A stretch of DNA of 32,000 nt from Haloquadratum walsbyi C23 (GCF_000237865.1 NC_017459.1:1170001-1202000), one strand, 5' to 3'. Positions 9,529-19,354 are shown, counted from the first letter of the stretch. The notes: generated by a model from the letters alone, not told the origin. Numbers and translations: made by a program.

Positions 9529-11343
9529 ATGCCTGAGGTAACTGTTGGGACGGTACTCGTTTTTCTGATTATCATTGTTGCGCTCGTCTTATTTGTCACT
9601 GAGCCCGTCCCAATTGATGTCACAGCACTTGGCATTATGGTAACGCTCATGATGTTGGGACCATGGACGGGTATCTCCCCACGTGATGGTGTTTCTGGAT
9701 TCGCGAATCCGGCGACAATGACAATTCTCGCAATGATGATTCTAAGCGAGGGTGTCCGGCGCACAGGCGTGATTCAGCGACTAGAAGAGATAGTTACATC
9801 CTACACCGGCGAGAGTAGCCACAAACAACTCGGCGCAACAATCGGTATTGTTGGTCCGCTTTCGGGGATCATTAATAACACAGCAGCCGTTGCAATCTTA
9901 CTCCCGATGGTGAGTGATCTCGCCCATGAGAACGGGACTTCTCCATCGAAGTTGTTACTCCCGCTTTCGTATGCCTCAATGGCTGGCGGAATGTTGACAC
10001 TCATTGGAACATCAACGAACCTGCTCGCCAGCACTATTGCGAGTCGACTGGCGACAGACTACCCATCTCTGCACGCGTTCTCGATGTTTGAATTTACGCA
10101 ACTTGGGTTGCTTGTGTTTCTCGTCGGGGCGGCATACCTGCTGACTATCGGATATTGGCTTACACCATCGCACGTAACACCACGAAGTGAATTCGAAACA
10201 ACTCACAGAGAGGAGTTCTTGACTGAGATCACCATCGGTAATACATCCCCGCTTGTTGGAATGACAATTCAAGAGGCACTTCAGCAGATTGAGTTTGAGG
10301 GAAATGTTACCCAACTTATTCGTCGAGACGATTATTATCGTGAACCTCGATTGTCAATGATAATACAAAGTGACGATGCTTTTATGATCCGCCTCACCGA
10401 GAATGCGCTGCGCACGCTATATGATGTCGAAGGAATTGAGTTTGTTCCGGAAGTAACACCTCAGGGTGATCTTGACGCACTTGCCCCCGGACAAACGCTC
10501 GTTGAGATTGTTATCACTGCTGGCTCTGATCTGGTCAGCGAAACAATTGAGACATCAGGATTTCAGGATCAATACCAGGCGGGTGTCCTCGCAATTCGCC
10601 GTGGTGGGAAAACCACTCATGAACGCCTTACAGAACACCGGATCCAACCTGGAGATATGCTTCTTGTCGAGTCTGATTCGAATACTATTGACCGCCTTGC
10701 AGACGATCCAAATGTGGTCGTGGCTGGTGAAATTGACCTCCAACAGTTTCGCTCATCGAAGCTCCCGCTTGCGGTTGGCGTTGTACTCTCGGTCGTTGCA
10801 CTGGCAGCAGTTGGCATTCTCCCGATCATGGTTGCTGCGCTCGGCGGTGTTATTATAATGTTTGTTACTGATATTATCAAGCCAGCAGAAGCATACGATG
10901 CCGTGCAATGGGATGTCATCTTTCTTTTATCAGGCGTCATTCCGCTCGGTAGAGCGCTATCTGAGACAGGTGGTGCAGATCTGCTTGGAACACTTATCGT
11001 CTCAACAGCTGATTTTTTACCCATAATCGCGGTTCTTGGGCTATTCTATTTACTAACTGCTGCGATGACAAATCTCATTAGTAATCAAGCTAGCGTCGTA
11101 TTATTCATTCCTATCGCCGCCGACACCGCCGCCCGATTAAACGCAAACGCATTCGCGTTCATTCTTGCAGTCACATTCGCTGCGAGCACAGCTTTCATGT
11201 CACCGGTCGGATATCAGACCAACCTCTTTGTCTATGGTCCTGGCGGCTATGAGTTCAGTGACTACGCTCGCGTTGGTGGACCGCTGCAAGTAATCTTAGC
11301 TATCGTGACGACCCTTGGAATCGCGATGTTTTGGGGGCTATGA
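9529..11343 (+). CDS. SLC13/DASS-family permease with two central TrkA-C domains
   Basis: 604 aa. Two polytopic halves are separated by two TrkA-C-like repeats (..TEITIGNTSPLVGMTIQEA.. and ..EIVITAGSDLVSETIETSGF..). Confidence 0.88.
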   Translation: MPEVTVGTVLVFLIIIVALVLFVTEPVPIDVTALGIMVTLMMLGPWTGISPRDGVSGFANPATMTILAMMILSEGVRRTGVIQRLEEIVTSYTGESSHKQLGATIGIVGPLSGIINNTAAVAILLPMVSDLAHENGTSPSKLLLPLSYASMAGGMLTLIGTSTNLLASTIASRLATDYPSLHAFSMFEFTQLGLLVFLVGAAYLLTIGYWLTPSHVTPRSEFETTHREEFLTEITIGNTSPLVGMTIQEALQQIEFEGNVTQLIRRDDYYREPRLSMIIQSDDAFMIRLTENALRTLYDVEGIEFVPEVTPQGDLDALAPGQTLVEIVITAGSDLVSETIETSGFQDQYQAGVLAIRRGGKTTHERLTEHRIQPGDMLLVESDSNTIDRLADDPNVVVAGEIDLQQFRSSKLPLAVGVVLSVVALAAVGILPIMVAALGGVIIMFVTDIIKPAEAYDAVQWDVIFLLSGVIPLGRALSETGGADLLGTLIVSTADFLPIIAVLGLFYLLTAAMTNLISNQASVVLFIPIAADTAARLNANAFAFILAVTFAASTAFMSPVGYQTNLFVYGPGGYEFSDYARVGGPLQVILAIVTTLGIAMFWGL

Positions 11344-11610
11344 ACTACTCTCCTCGCATCCTCAGGACTTCCTATCATTCGGTGGGGACAGACCCAGAAC
11401 TTGCTTCTTTCAGGACATGGTCTGTCAGGGTCGCGCATATTGCATATGGATTTAATTACCGACAGAATATAGATAAATCGTATACACTCGGAGAGAATAC
11501 TTCCGTTGCTAATCGGTAAAAAAAGAGCGTATCACATCTCAATTACCACAGTGTCAACTCGTGATCAATCGTGACGAGTGACTTCAAATCTTAGAATTAA
11601 ACATAAACCA

Positions 11611-12264
11611 ATGTCAAAAACAAAACGTATCATCATCGCCGGCGGCGGGCGTATCGGACTACGAACTGCACAGGAACTCGCCGACCGTGGATATGAAATT
11701 GTATTGATCGAAAAAGAGGAGGCTCGCTCAGAAGAGGTAGCAGATGAATATGTTGCGATGGTCTTACAGGGGGATGCAACAGCGCCGTCAATTCTCGAAC
11801 AGGCAGATCTTGAGCGGGCTGATGCCATTGCTGCGTTGACCGACGAACCTGGAAGCAATCTTGCAATCTGTATGACAGCAAAGCAGATCGCCCCGAATAT
11901 TCGGACACTCGCTCGAACCGGGACAGGGACTGAGGATGAGTACGACGAGATTGCTGACGCAACGATTCTCCCGCAAAAGCTCAGTGCGGGCACTGCCGCT
12001 GATATCCTCTCAGGTGATGAGGTGCGAACAATTATTGGGACCCATCATGACCTCGAAATATTAGAAATTAAAGTGGCTGAAGATGCCCCAGTTGCCAGTA
12101 GTGCGCTCGAAGAAATTAGCCTTCCAAAAGGGAGTCTCATTATCTCGGGTCAAAATCGAACACGAATCGCACGCGCCGATACAACATTAGAACCTGGTGA
12201 GTACTATATTGTCGGCGTTGAACCGGATGTACTCGATGAGGTACTGAAGTTGTTCCGTGGCTGA
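11611..12264 (+). CDS. trkA: TrkA-type RCK protein (TrkA-N plus TrkA-C), stand-alone
   Basis: Rossmann motif IIIAGGGRIGLRTAQEL and a TrkA-C end. I prefer the ATG at 11611 over the GTG at 11578 used in the ORF track. The gene lies immediately downstream of the SLC13 permease on the same strand. Confidence 0.88.
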   Translation: MSKTKRIIIAGGGRIGLRTAQELADRGYEIVLIEKEEARSEEVADEYVAMVLQGDATAPSILEQADLERADAIAALTDEPGSNLAICMTAKQIAPNIRTLARTGTGTEDEYDEIADATILPQKLSAGTAADILSGDEVRTIIGTHHDLEILEIKVAEDAPVASSALEEISLPKGSLIISGQNRTRIARADTTLEPGEYYIVGVEPDVLDEVLKLFRG

Positions 12265-12278
12265 GTGAGAACGCTGTT

Positions 12279-12309
12279 ATATCCCTAATGAGGTCACCTG
12301 CAGGGATAT
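12279..12309. terminator. hairpin between convergent trkA and usp genes
   Basis: ATATCCCT (12279-12286) pairs perfectly with AGGGATAT (12302-12309). The loop contains an inner AGGT-c-ACCT stem. Its function is unproven. Confidence 0.3.
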
Positions 12310-12337
12310 TATCTATCTGATATCCGAATCATCCCAC

Positions 12338-12784
12338 TCAGGAAGATCCATCAGCGGACTCAGTTGGCATTGGAACTGTCAAGACCGGCGCATCTGAAAC
12401 CCGGACGACATTCTCGGTGACACTACCAAGGAAATACCGATCCAAACCTGTGCGACCATGTGTCCCCATGACAATAGAGTCAATGTCATTTTCATCGACA
12501 TAGTCAAGAATGACCTGATGGGGTGTTCCTTGCGCCACTAAACCCTCGATTGTGCGCACACTGGCTGCCTCTGCTTGTTGGATTACCTCATCGATTGCAT
12601 TCTTTCCAGTCTCTTCGAGAGCATCAAGGGTTCCGGGAACCGAGGAGCCAGTTGGACCACTTGCCTCAATGACATATATTGTGTGAAGCGCGGCGTCATA
12701 GACCGTCGCAAGATCAATCGCGTGCTCAACGGCGCCTCGCGTTCCCTCAGTTCCGTCCGTTGGAATCAGTATCTTGTCGTACAT
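12338..12784 (-). CDS. universal stress protein (single USP domain)
   Basis: 148 aa. It starts MYDKILIPTDGTEG and carries the ATP-binding motif MGTHGRTGLDRYFLGSVTENVV. Confidence 0.9.
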   Translation of the reverse strand: MYDKILIPTDGTEGTRGAVEHAIDLATVYDAALHTIYVIEASGPTGSSVPGTLDALEETGKNAIDEVIQQAEAASVRTIEGLVAQGTPHQVILDYVDENDIDSIVMGTHGRTGLDRYFLGSVTENVVRVSDAPVLTVPMPTESADGSS

Positions 12785-12927
12785 ATCAACCTTTTATTCA
12801 CGGAGGGAGAAAATTATGCTGTCGGGTGGTGATATCATGACCAGAGTAGCGCTCGTGACATCCCTCTCATAAAGAAGCCCTCAATCAGTAGCAGTATTTA
12901 ATATATCTCCATCCATGGCATGTCCAC

Positions 12928-14277
12928 ATGAGTCAAGACCAAGCAAGTGAAGTGGCTGATCAACTATCAGTCCCGGAGGCAATGATTAAGAAAGCATGTG
13001 ATGATCCAGCGTTACCTGAACTCGGTATTATTGAACAAGTCTGGAATACCGACTCAATTCCATCGTCGGAGACAGCAGAAGCCGCCGCAAAGGCTGTGGA
13101 TTCACTTCCGCTTGAAACTGTTCCTGCCGGTGGTGAAATTGCGCTTGGTGTTGGGAGCCGGGGAATCGCGAATCTTGCATCATTGGTTAGCGGTGTTGTG
13201 ACACATCTACAGGACAGAGGGTATGAGCCATTCATTTTTCCAGCGATGGGGAGCCACGGCGGTGCAACCGATGATGGTCAACGGAAAAAACTCGCCGAAC
13301 TCGACATTACTGAGGCGACCATTGGCTGTGAGATCCGTTCCAGTATGAACGTTGTCGAAGTCGGTCAGACGGCTGATCGTGAAATTCCGGTCGTTGCCGA
13401 TGCAAACGCTGCCAGTGCGGACGCCATCATCCCAATTAATCGAGTCAAACCTCATACTGACTTTGATGGCACAGTCGAGAGTGGGCTGTCAAAAATGCTT
13501 GTGATTGGGATGGGCAAGCAGCGTGGAGCTCAAATCGCACATCAATGGGCTGTTGATTGGTCACTCAGGAATATGATTCCTGAAATCACTGAGCAATTGC
13601 TCGCGAAACTTCCTGTTGTCGGTGGTATTGCTATCGTCGAAGATCAACACGACGATACAATGCTTGTCGAGGGGGTCCCTCCATCCGACTTTCTCGATCG
13701 GGAAGCTGAATTACTTGAAATTGCGTATGATGTGATGCCAAAGCTTCCATTCAATGATCTTGATGTCGTCGTTCTCGACAAGCAAGGCAAGGAGATCAGT
13801 GGTCAGGGACTCGATACGAATGTTATTGGACGACGACCCTTTGCAATCAATGAACCCGAGCCTGACCAGCCGGATATCAAACGCATATACGTACGTGGAC
13901 TCACGCAAAAGACCCATGGAAATGCAATGGGGATGGGGTCCGCCGACATTGTTCATGAGAATGTCCCAGCAGATCTCGAGGCAACAACGACACTGATCAA
14001 CGCCCTCACCGCGAGCACAATCCGTGGCGTGAAGCTCCCGCCGGTCGTTGAAACAGACCGTGCGGGAATTATTGCTGCACTCTCAACGATTGGTGTTGTC
14101 GACCCTGATACCGTTCGCATGCTTCGAGCTACCGATACGATGCATCTTCATCGACTCTACGCTTCACCAGCACTGATCGCTGAGGCACGCGATCGTACTG
14201 ACCTTCGGGTAGTTGAGGAAGCATCACCAATTATGTTCGATGATGGTCAATTCACTGCTCCATCCCTCAGACACTGA
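12928..14277 (+). CDS. LarA-like (lactate racemase N-terminal domain / DUF2088-like) protein, putative
   Basis: 449-aa acidic ORF. The segments GVGSRGI, FPAMGSHGG and NRVKPHTDFDGTVESGLSKMLVIGMG line up from memory with LarA SSDHTRP, ATGFHRP and ESHFFAGFSGGRKS. The ORF is certain, but the family call is tentative. Confidence 0.5.
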   Translation: MSQDQASEVADQLSVPEAMIKKACDDPALPELGIIEQVWNTDSIPSSETAEAAAKAVDSLPLETVPAGGEIALGVGSRGIANLASLVSGVVTHLQDRGYEPFIFPAMGSHGGATDDGQRKKLAELDITEATIGCEIRSSMNVVEVGQTADREIPVVADANAASADAIIPINRVKPHTDFDGTVESGLSKMLVIGMGKQRGAQIAHQWAVDWSLRNMIPEITEQLLAKLPVVGGIAIVEDQHDDTMLVEGVPPSDFLDREAELLEIAYDVMPKLPFNDLDVVVLDKQGKEISGQGLDTNVIGRRPFAINEPEPDQPDIKRIYVRGLTQKTHGNAMGMGSADIVHENVPADLEATTTLINALTASTIRGVKLPPVVETDRAGIIAALSTIGVVDPDTVRMLRATDTMHLHRLYASPALIAEARDRTDLRVVEEASPIMFDDGQFTAPSLRH

Positions 14278-14384
14278 TATTTGCCTGAGTGCTTTTTCAC
14301 TGCTCAGATACCACTCAGTGAGCATTATTCATCACTTCGACTGTATCAATTGATTATACGCTCTACCGGAATCACCACACTATC

Positions 14385-14467
14385 TTGACATCCCCCGCCT
14401 GCAAACGGGAGAACCCAACGGTACCGCACCGCTGGATTGGGATATGAAGATTTGTACTCTCTCATAG
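14385..14467 (-). repeat. copy F of dispersed structured repeat family
   Basis: Minus-strand reading is CTATGAGAGAG...GCGGTGCGG...CTCCCGTTTGCAGGCGGGGGATGTCAA. The TCAA end points at the 3' end of the LarA-like gene, 108 nt away. Confidence 0.5.
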
Positions 14468-14880
14468 TGATTAGTTCGAATAGTTTTACCGACGGTGTCG
14501 AATGACGCGGGTTCAGCGGCTCACATCACCGACACGCATAATCACGGCGGTAAAAACTTGCACTTATCACTATCAGTTGTGCCTGCGGTTGGAATCCGCT
14601 GGACAAGTCATGAAGATAGATTCCGGGCTGTTCCAACCAGCCAGTGCTCCTATTCTCAACCAAACTGGACGAAGACTCAGTTATGCGACACCGAATGGAT
14701 AACAATATCAAATCAATACAGAGACCATTCGACATGCTGACGTTGTGTGACTCATCGAACAATCATCAATGGGGGTTTTCTCTATGATCGATAAATAACT
14801 ATCATCACCATCAGGTTGGTAATCGCTCGTTCGAATCAGTATAGTGACAGTTATTATTATAGGCGACCTAGTAAGATTGT

Positions 14881-15168
14881 ATGCCCGAAGAAGTTCTCTT
14901 CAAATCAGAGACCAATCAGAGCCGAGACGAAATCGCAGCGTACCTCCGTAGTGTTGCAACAAATCTTGAGAATGCAGAGCCGATCACACTCACATTCAAG
15001 AGTGAGTCTGTAACAATGGAGCCACCTGCGCGCCCGACGTTTGAGGTCAAAGCCGAGCGTGAAGGACCAACGGATGGTTCCGGTGAATTGAGCATCGAGC
15101 TCGAAATCGAATGGGATGAAAGCAGCAGTGAGAATGCCAGCGAGAGCACTCAGTTGGAAATCGAATAA
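14881..15168 (+). CDS. amphi-Trp domain protein
   Basis: 95 aa. It has N-terminal FKSETNQSRDEIAAYLRSVATNL and C-terminal ELSIELEIEWDE, which is the typical layout of the haloarchaeal amphi-Trp family. Confidence 0.7.
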   Translation: MPEEVLFKSETNQSRDEIAAYLRSVATNLENAEPITLTFKSESVTMEPPARPTFEVKAEREGPTDGSGELSIELEIEWDESSSENASESTQLEIE

Positions 15169-15369
15169 TCAGTCCACTGGCAGCTTGCATGAATTGCTTC
15201 TGATAATCACTGTCGAAAACAGCAATCGCAAGCGGGCAATCACTGCTTCGGAGGTCACGAGACTGCTGATAAGATATAAGATATATTCTGATTGCTGCGA
15301 AAACGAATAGTGTCAAGTGTTGAGTGCCGAGCAGCAACTACAACTTCACAAACGAATCGAAGGGGAAGG

Positions 15370-16251
15370 TCAGTCTCCGTGTTCTGTCGAGTCTGCAACG
15401 GTCATAACAGGAACCGGTGCCGAGCGAACAACCTTTTCGGCGACACTGCCGAGCAGGATACGATCTGTGCCACGTCTTCCGGTTGTCCCCATTCCAACAG
15501 CGTGTATATTGTTCGATTCAATATAATCGAGGATTTCACGTACCGGTGTTCCCTGTGTCACATGACGAACTGTATCTATGACACCACGCGTCTCTGCCTC
15601 CGAGATGGCAGTCTCGACAGCGTCGCTTGCAGCTTGTTTCGTGTCTCTCCCGGAAGTTGTAGATCGAACATGCGGACTGAGTCCAGCAGTATCAGCGACA
15701 GAAATGACATGCACGGTCGCATCGAGTGACGCCGCGGCTGAAAAAACATGTTTGGCTGCATGCATCGCAGCAGTGCTCCCGTCCGTTGGAACAAGAATAT
15801 TCTCATATGGAAAAATAATGGGTTCATCAGACTGCACTCGGATTGTGAGAACGGGAATCGAAGATAGTCGGACGACCTTCTCGGAAACACTTCCAATGAG
15901 ATATCGTGAGAGTCCTTCCCGAGCATGAGTCGGCATCATGATGAGATCCTGATCATATCGTTTGGCGTACTCAACGATTGTCGCCGCTGGATTACCTTGG
16001 ACGACATCAGTATCATATGTGACGCCAAGTGTGTTCAGTGTCTGTGCAGCGTCGCTAACAACGGTTTCACCTTTTTGTTCGAGCATATCGATGGTGTCAC
16101 CCTCGACAACTGTGACACTGTCGCGAGTTGTATCGGCGACATAAAGCAGTTGAATAGTTGCATCAAACCAGTGAGCGACCTCGCTGGCATGATGAAGCAT
16201 TTCACCCGCACCCTCACTACCGTCGTATGGAAGCAGAATACGCTCGTACAT
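15370..16251 (-). CDS. tandem universal stress protein (two USP domains)
   Basis: 293 aa. It contains two copies of the USP ATP motif (MPTHAREGLSRYLIGSVSEKVV and MGTTGRRGTDRILLGSVAEKVV). Confidence 0.9.
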   Translation of the reverse strand: MYERILLPYDGSEGAGEMLHHASEVAHWFDATIQLLYVADTTRDSVTVVEGDTIDMLEQKGETVVSDAAQTLNTLGVTYDTDVVQGNPAATIVEYAKRYDQDLIMMPTHAREGLSRYLIGSVSEKVVRLSSIPVLTIRVQSDEPIIFPYENILVPTDGSTAAMHAAKHVFSAAASLDATVHVISVADTAGLSPHVRSTTSGRDTKQAASDAVETAISEAETRGVIDTVRHVTQGTPVREILDYIESNNIHAVGMGTTGRRGTDRILLGSVAEKVVRSAPVPVMTVADSTEHGD

Positions 16252-16501
16252 GTCTAGTGATGTCAGCTTCGGTTACCGACCTCTAATCATTTTCTACCAA
16301 TTCCCATACATGATATTCACGCAAAAATCATCCACTGGTCTCACAGAAAGATATTCGTGTACACTCAGTATGTATGGTATGCACCAACTCCAACTTTTCC
16401 CTATCTCAAACTAGTATCACCGAAGCAGGCACTCTACTATCACGGTAGCTCAGCAATAGCAAATGACTCGAAGATAGGGTGTCATTATTGCGCAGTAATT
16501 T

Positions 16502-17863
16502 TTATTCGGTCATTCCGGTGGTATTCGGATTGACAGTTATCCGGACTTTCTGAATACGTGTGTTCTCTAATTGTTCGGTCCGTAGCGTCACATTCTCATA
16601 GTCAAACTCTTCGCCCTGTTCAACGAGACGACCCGCGAGATTAAAAATAAAGCCCGCAATCGTCTCAAATTCTTCACCTTCAGGGAGATCAATATCGAGG
16701 ATTTCATTTACTTCATGGATATTAACTTCACCCCGGAGTAACACTTCATTATCGTTGACGAACTCAATTGGATGCTCCTCATCATCCATCAAAATTTCAC
16801 CAACGATTTCCTCAGTGACGTCTTCCATCGTAATGAGTCCCTCTGTGGTACCGAATTCATCGATGACAATAACCATACGCATCCGATCTTCTCGCATCTC
16901 TGAGAGCAATTCATCGACATTTTTTGACTCTGGGACGTGCAGTGTTGTGTTGAGTACTTCTGCTACTGTGATATCGTCGAAGGCGCTATCGGTGTCGTCA
17001 AGTTCGCGAATATCGAAGATACCAACTATATTATCGAGTGATTCCTCATAAACTGGTAGGCGAGCATGACCCGACTGAATGCACTCCTCGATAGCTTTTT
17101 CAACGGTCAGCTGCCCGGAGATCGCCGACATGTCGAGACGAGGAGTCATTATCTCTTTCGCAGTAGCATCGGTGAATCGTAAGGTGCGGTCGAGTATCTG
17201 ACGTTCTTCCTCCTCGAGGATACCCTCGCGCTCGCCCATCTTGATCATGTTCCGAATATCATCGCGGCTGACGTACGATGATTCGATTGCTGAACCGCCA
17301 GGTGTGATTTTGTTAATGAGTCTCGTCAAGTAATAGAATAACGTGATAAGTGGCCACAGTATTTTCCCGACAATTTTCAAGAGCGGAGCAACAGTCCGTG
17401 CCCATGAGTCGGTGTTATCAACCGCATACGATTTTGGTGCGCTCTCACCGAATAGTAGAACTATCGATGTGATACCTAATGATGAGACAATGACGGCTAT
17501 CCCGGCATCGAGATAAAAACCGACAATAGTTGTCGAAATAGAAGACATTGTGATATTGACGAGATTATTCCCAACAAGAATTGTCACAAGCAGACGATGT
17601 GGATCACTCTTGAGTGACTTAATCGCCTGTGCCCCGCGCTTTCCCTCCTCAATCATCGCGTCAATCTGATAAGGTGAGAGTGAAAACATGGCAATCTCCG
17701 ATGATGAAAAAAATCCTGACCCCATAATAAGTAGGAGGATCATGCTCACACCAAGTGCGGTAAATTCTGCCTGTCCCAGTTCAAACCCGACGATTGGAAC
17801 AGCATCCAGTGTTATACCGGTCTCAAAGATTGCTGTGAGTACGAAAATTATCATCGATATCAA
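16502..17863 (-). CDS. CNNM / HlyC-CorC family transporter (DUF21, CBS pair, CorC_HlyC)
   Basis: 453 aa. It has an N-terminal 4-TM DUF21-like region (FFSSSEIAMFSL), a central CBS pair and a C-terminal CorC_HlyC-like domain (ETIAGFIFNLAGRLVEQGE). Confidence 0.88.
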   Translation of the reverse strand: MISMIIFVLTAIFETGITLDAVPIVGFELGQAEFTALGVSMILLLIMGSGFFSSSEIAMFSLSPYQIDAMIEEGKRGAQAIKSLKSDPHRLLVTILVGNNLVNITMSSISTTIVGFYLDAGIAVIVSSLGITSIVLLFGESAPKSYAVDNTDSWARTVAPLLKIVGKILWPLITLFYYLTRLINKITPGGSAIESSYVSRDDIRNMIKMGEREGILEEEERQILDRTLRFTDATAKEIMTPRLDMSAISGQLTVEKAIEECIQSGHARLPVYEESLDNIVGIFDIRELDDTDSAFDDITVAEVLNTTLHVPESKNVDELLSEMREDRMRMVIVIDEFGTTEGLITMEDVTEEIVGEILMDDEEHPIEFVNDNEVLLRGEVNIHEVNEILDIDLPEGEEFETIAGFIFNLAGRLVEQGEEFDYENVTLRTEQLENTRIQKVRITVNPNTTGMTE

Positions 17864-17898
17864 TCATTACCAGTGCACAGAACTAATGCTTGTGTACT

Positions 17899-17931
17899 CA
17901 GCTTTCAGTTTTCAGCTTTCAGTTTTCAGTG
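17899..17931 (+). repeat. tandem repeat (YTTTCAG)x4, equal to a 14-mer x2
   Basis: CAGCTTTCAGTTTTCAGCTTTCAGTTTTCAG read directly, 36 nt upstream of the CNNM start codon. Confidence 0.9.
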
Positions 17932-18195
17932 TCACTGTCGACTTCGCTGTTGGTATCAATATCAGTACACATGCCTCCCACAATCCGACTAAGTGATCTG
18001 TCGAGATCGGCAAACACAGTGTAATTATTCATGGACTTTGTCATTCTCTGATATATATCGGGAATCACGTACAGATAATATCATGATATCGATTACTCAC
18101 CCTAATCATACCAATATCTACGATATGTCCTTTCAGATATCTCGACGTATTATTTGACACGGTATATTTTATCACTACATATGTTGTCATAGTGT

Positions 18196-18672
18196 ATGGT
18201 AAATATAGAAACAATTAATCAAGAGGCAAATGCGATTAATGCTGAATCAGGCGAACTCGGCGATAAAAAGAGACAACATATTGAGAATGTGACAGATGAA
18301 ATTGAACATACCATCGACTCACTGTCCGTACTCTGGTCTCATCTTGGATTGTCAGACCGGGAAGCGGAGGTTGCTGCTTACAGAGAGCTTGGATTCACAA
18401 ACAGATCGATTGGATATATGATTGGCATTTCAACAAACACAGTCAATGAATACACGCGTCGTGCAAAAGAAAAATATCGCACTGCACAGGCGTTAGTCAC
18501 ACGTGAGGAGGATTCTCAGGCATTATCGAAAAACTGGATTTGTCCAAAACCAACCTGTGGGCATGAGACAAAGCGCGCGTATGCGGACTCAAGATACAAC
18601 CCAGAGGCTGAGATCAGTAAATGGCGATGTCAGAAGTGTCACACGGAATATCAGCGAAAAATCAGGTGGTGA
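18196..18672 (+). CDS. LuxR/sigma70-region-4-like HTH protein with C-terminal zinc ribbon
   Basis: 158 aa in AT-rich context. The HTH segment is LSDREAEVAAYRELGFTNRSIGYMIGISTNTVNEYTRRA. Four cysteines form C-x4-C...C-x2-C (C116, C121, C145, C148). Confidence 0.65.
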   Translation: MVNIETINQEANAINAESGELGDKKRQHIENVTDEIEHTIDSLSVLWSHLGLSDREAEVAAYRELGFTNRSIGYMIGISTNTVNEYTRRAKEKYRTAQALVTREEDSQALSKNWICPKPTCGHETKRAYADSRYNPEAEISKWRCQKCHTEYQRKIRW

Positions 18673-18822
18673 AATAGACGATTTTGAAGTACTTACTCGG
18701 CGATGACTCTGATACAACAGTTGTCACATCTGTTGACAGGACTTTGAAATAGAGAGTACATTTATTGATATTTGATATATCATTAGCATATAAAAATCGC
18801 TTGAAGACTTCAACAGTATTAC

Positions 18823-19212
18823 TCAGATTTTATCAAGTGCATCATCAAGTGAGAACTGCTCAGTGCTCGTCTCACCTTCAGTACGATTTGGAGATCCATC
18901 AGGTTCAAACTGCGTGATCAGTTCGACTCGGTCATCAGTGACTTCTTGTGTGTCTTTGACAACCGTACAATCGCACTTTGGTCTATCATCGGGTCCACGA
19001 GGAAACTCAAATGGAGTCTCGATATTGATAATTTTGTCATTTTTTGCCTCAATAATCACAGCCACGATTTCTTGATATCCCCATCCATCGGGAGTCCGCC
19101 ATGGAGTTCCGTCGGCTCGAGTGCGCTCAATATGTGGCATATCATCAGATGAAACAACGGCATCATAATCAATTCGAATCGTTGCTGGCTCAGTGTTGTC
19201 TTGATCTGTCAT
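18823..19212 (-). CDS. acidic hypothetical protein
   Basis: The ORF is open from 19257. I prefer the internal ATG at 19210-19212 (MTDQDNTEP...). The composition is very acidic and I recognise no motif. Confidence 0.55.
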   Translation of the reverse strand: MTDQDNTEPATIRIDYDAVVSSDDMPHIERTRADGTPWRTPDGWGYQEIVAVIIEAKNDKIINIETPFEFPRGPDDRPKCDCTVVKDTQEVTDDRVELITQFEPDGSPNRTEGETSTEQFSLDDALDKI

Positions 19213-19354
19213 ACCCCAAAATATGTCATAGTGAAATATAGCACATTCGGACTGCACTCCTAATCACTCGACACAATTGTGAAGAATCCACCATCGGCGC
19301 GTCTCTCGCGTTAGTAGGTCTAAAATCTGCCTGTGTCCGTGTCTATGTCTGTAG

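Noticed and set aside
12856-12868. TGACATCCCTCTC string resembling the repeat-family terminus, in the usp/LarA-like divergent spacer.
   Set aside because: Only the 13-nt core is present. It lacks the adjacent hairpin, the RTGCRRG box and the CTATGRG box, so it could be chance or a very decayed fragment.
14823-14836. A GTTCGAATC string resembling a tRNA T-arm. GGGGTCGAATC near 21306 is similar.
   Set aside because: No acceptor, D or anticodon stems can be drawn around either string, so I call no tRNA in this window.
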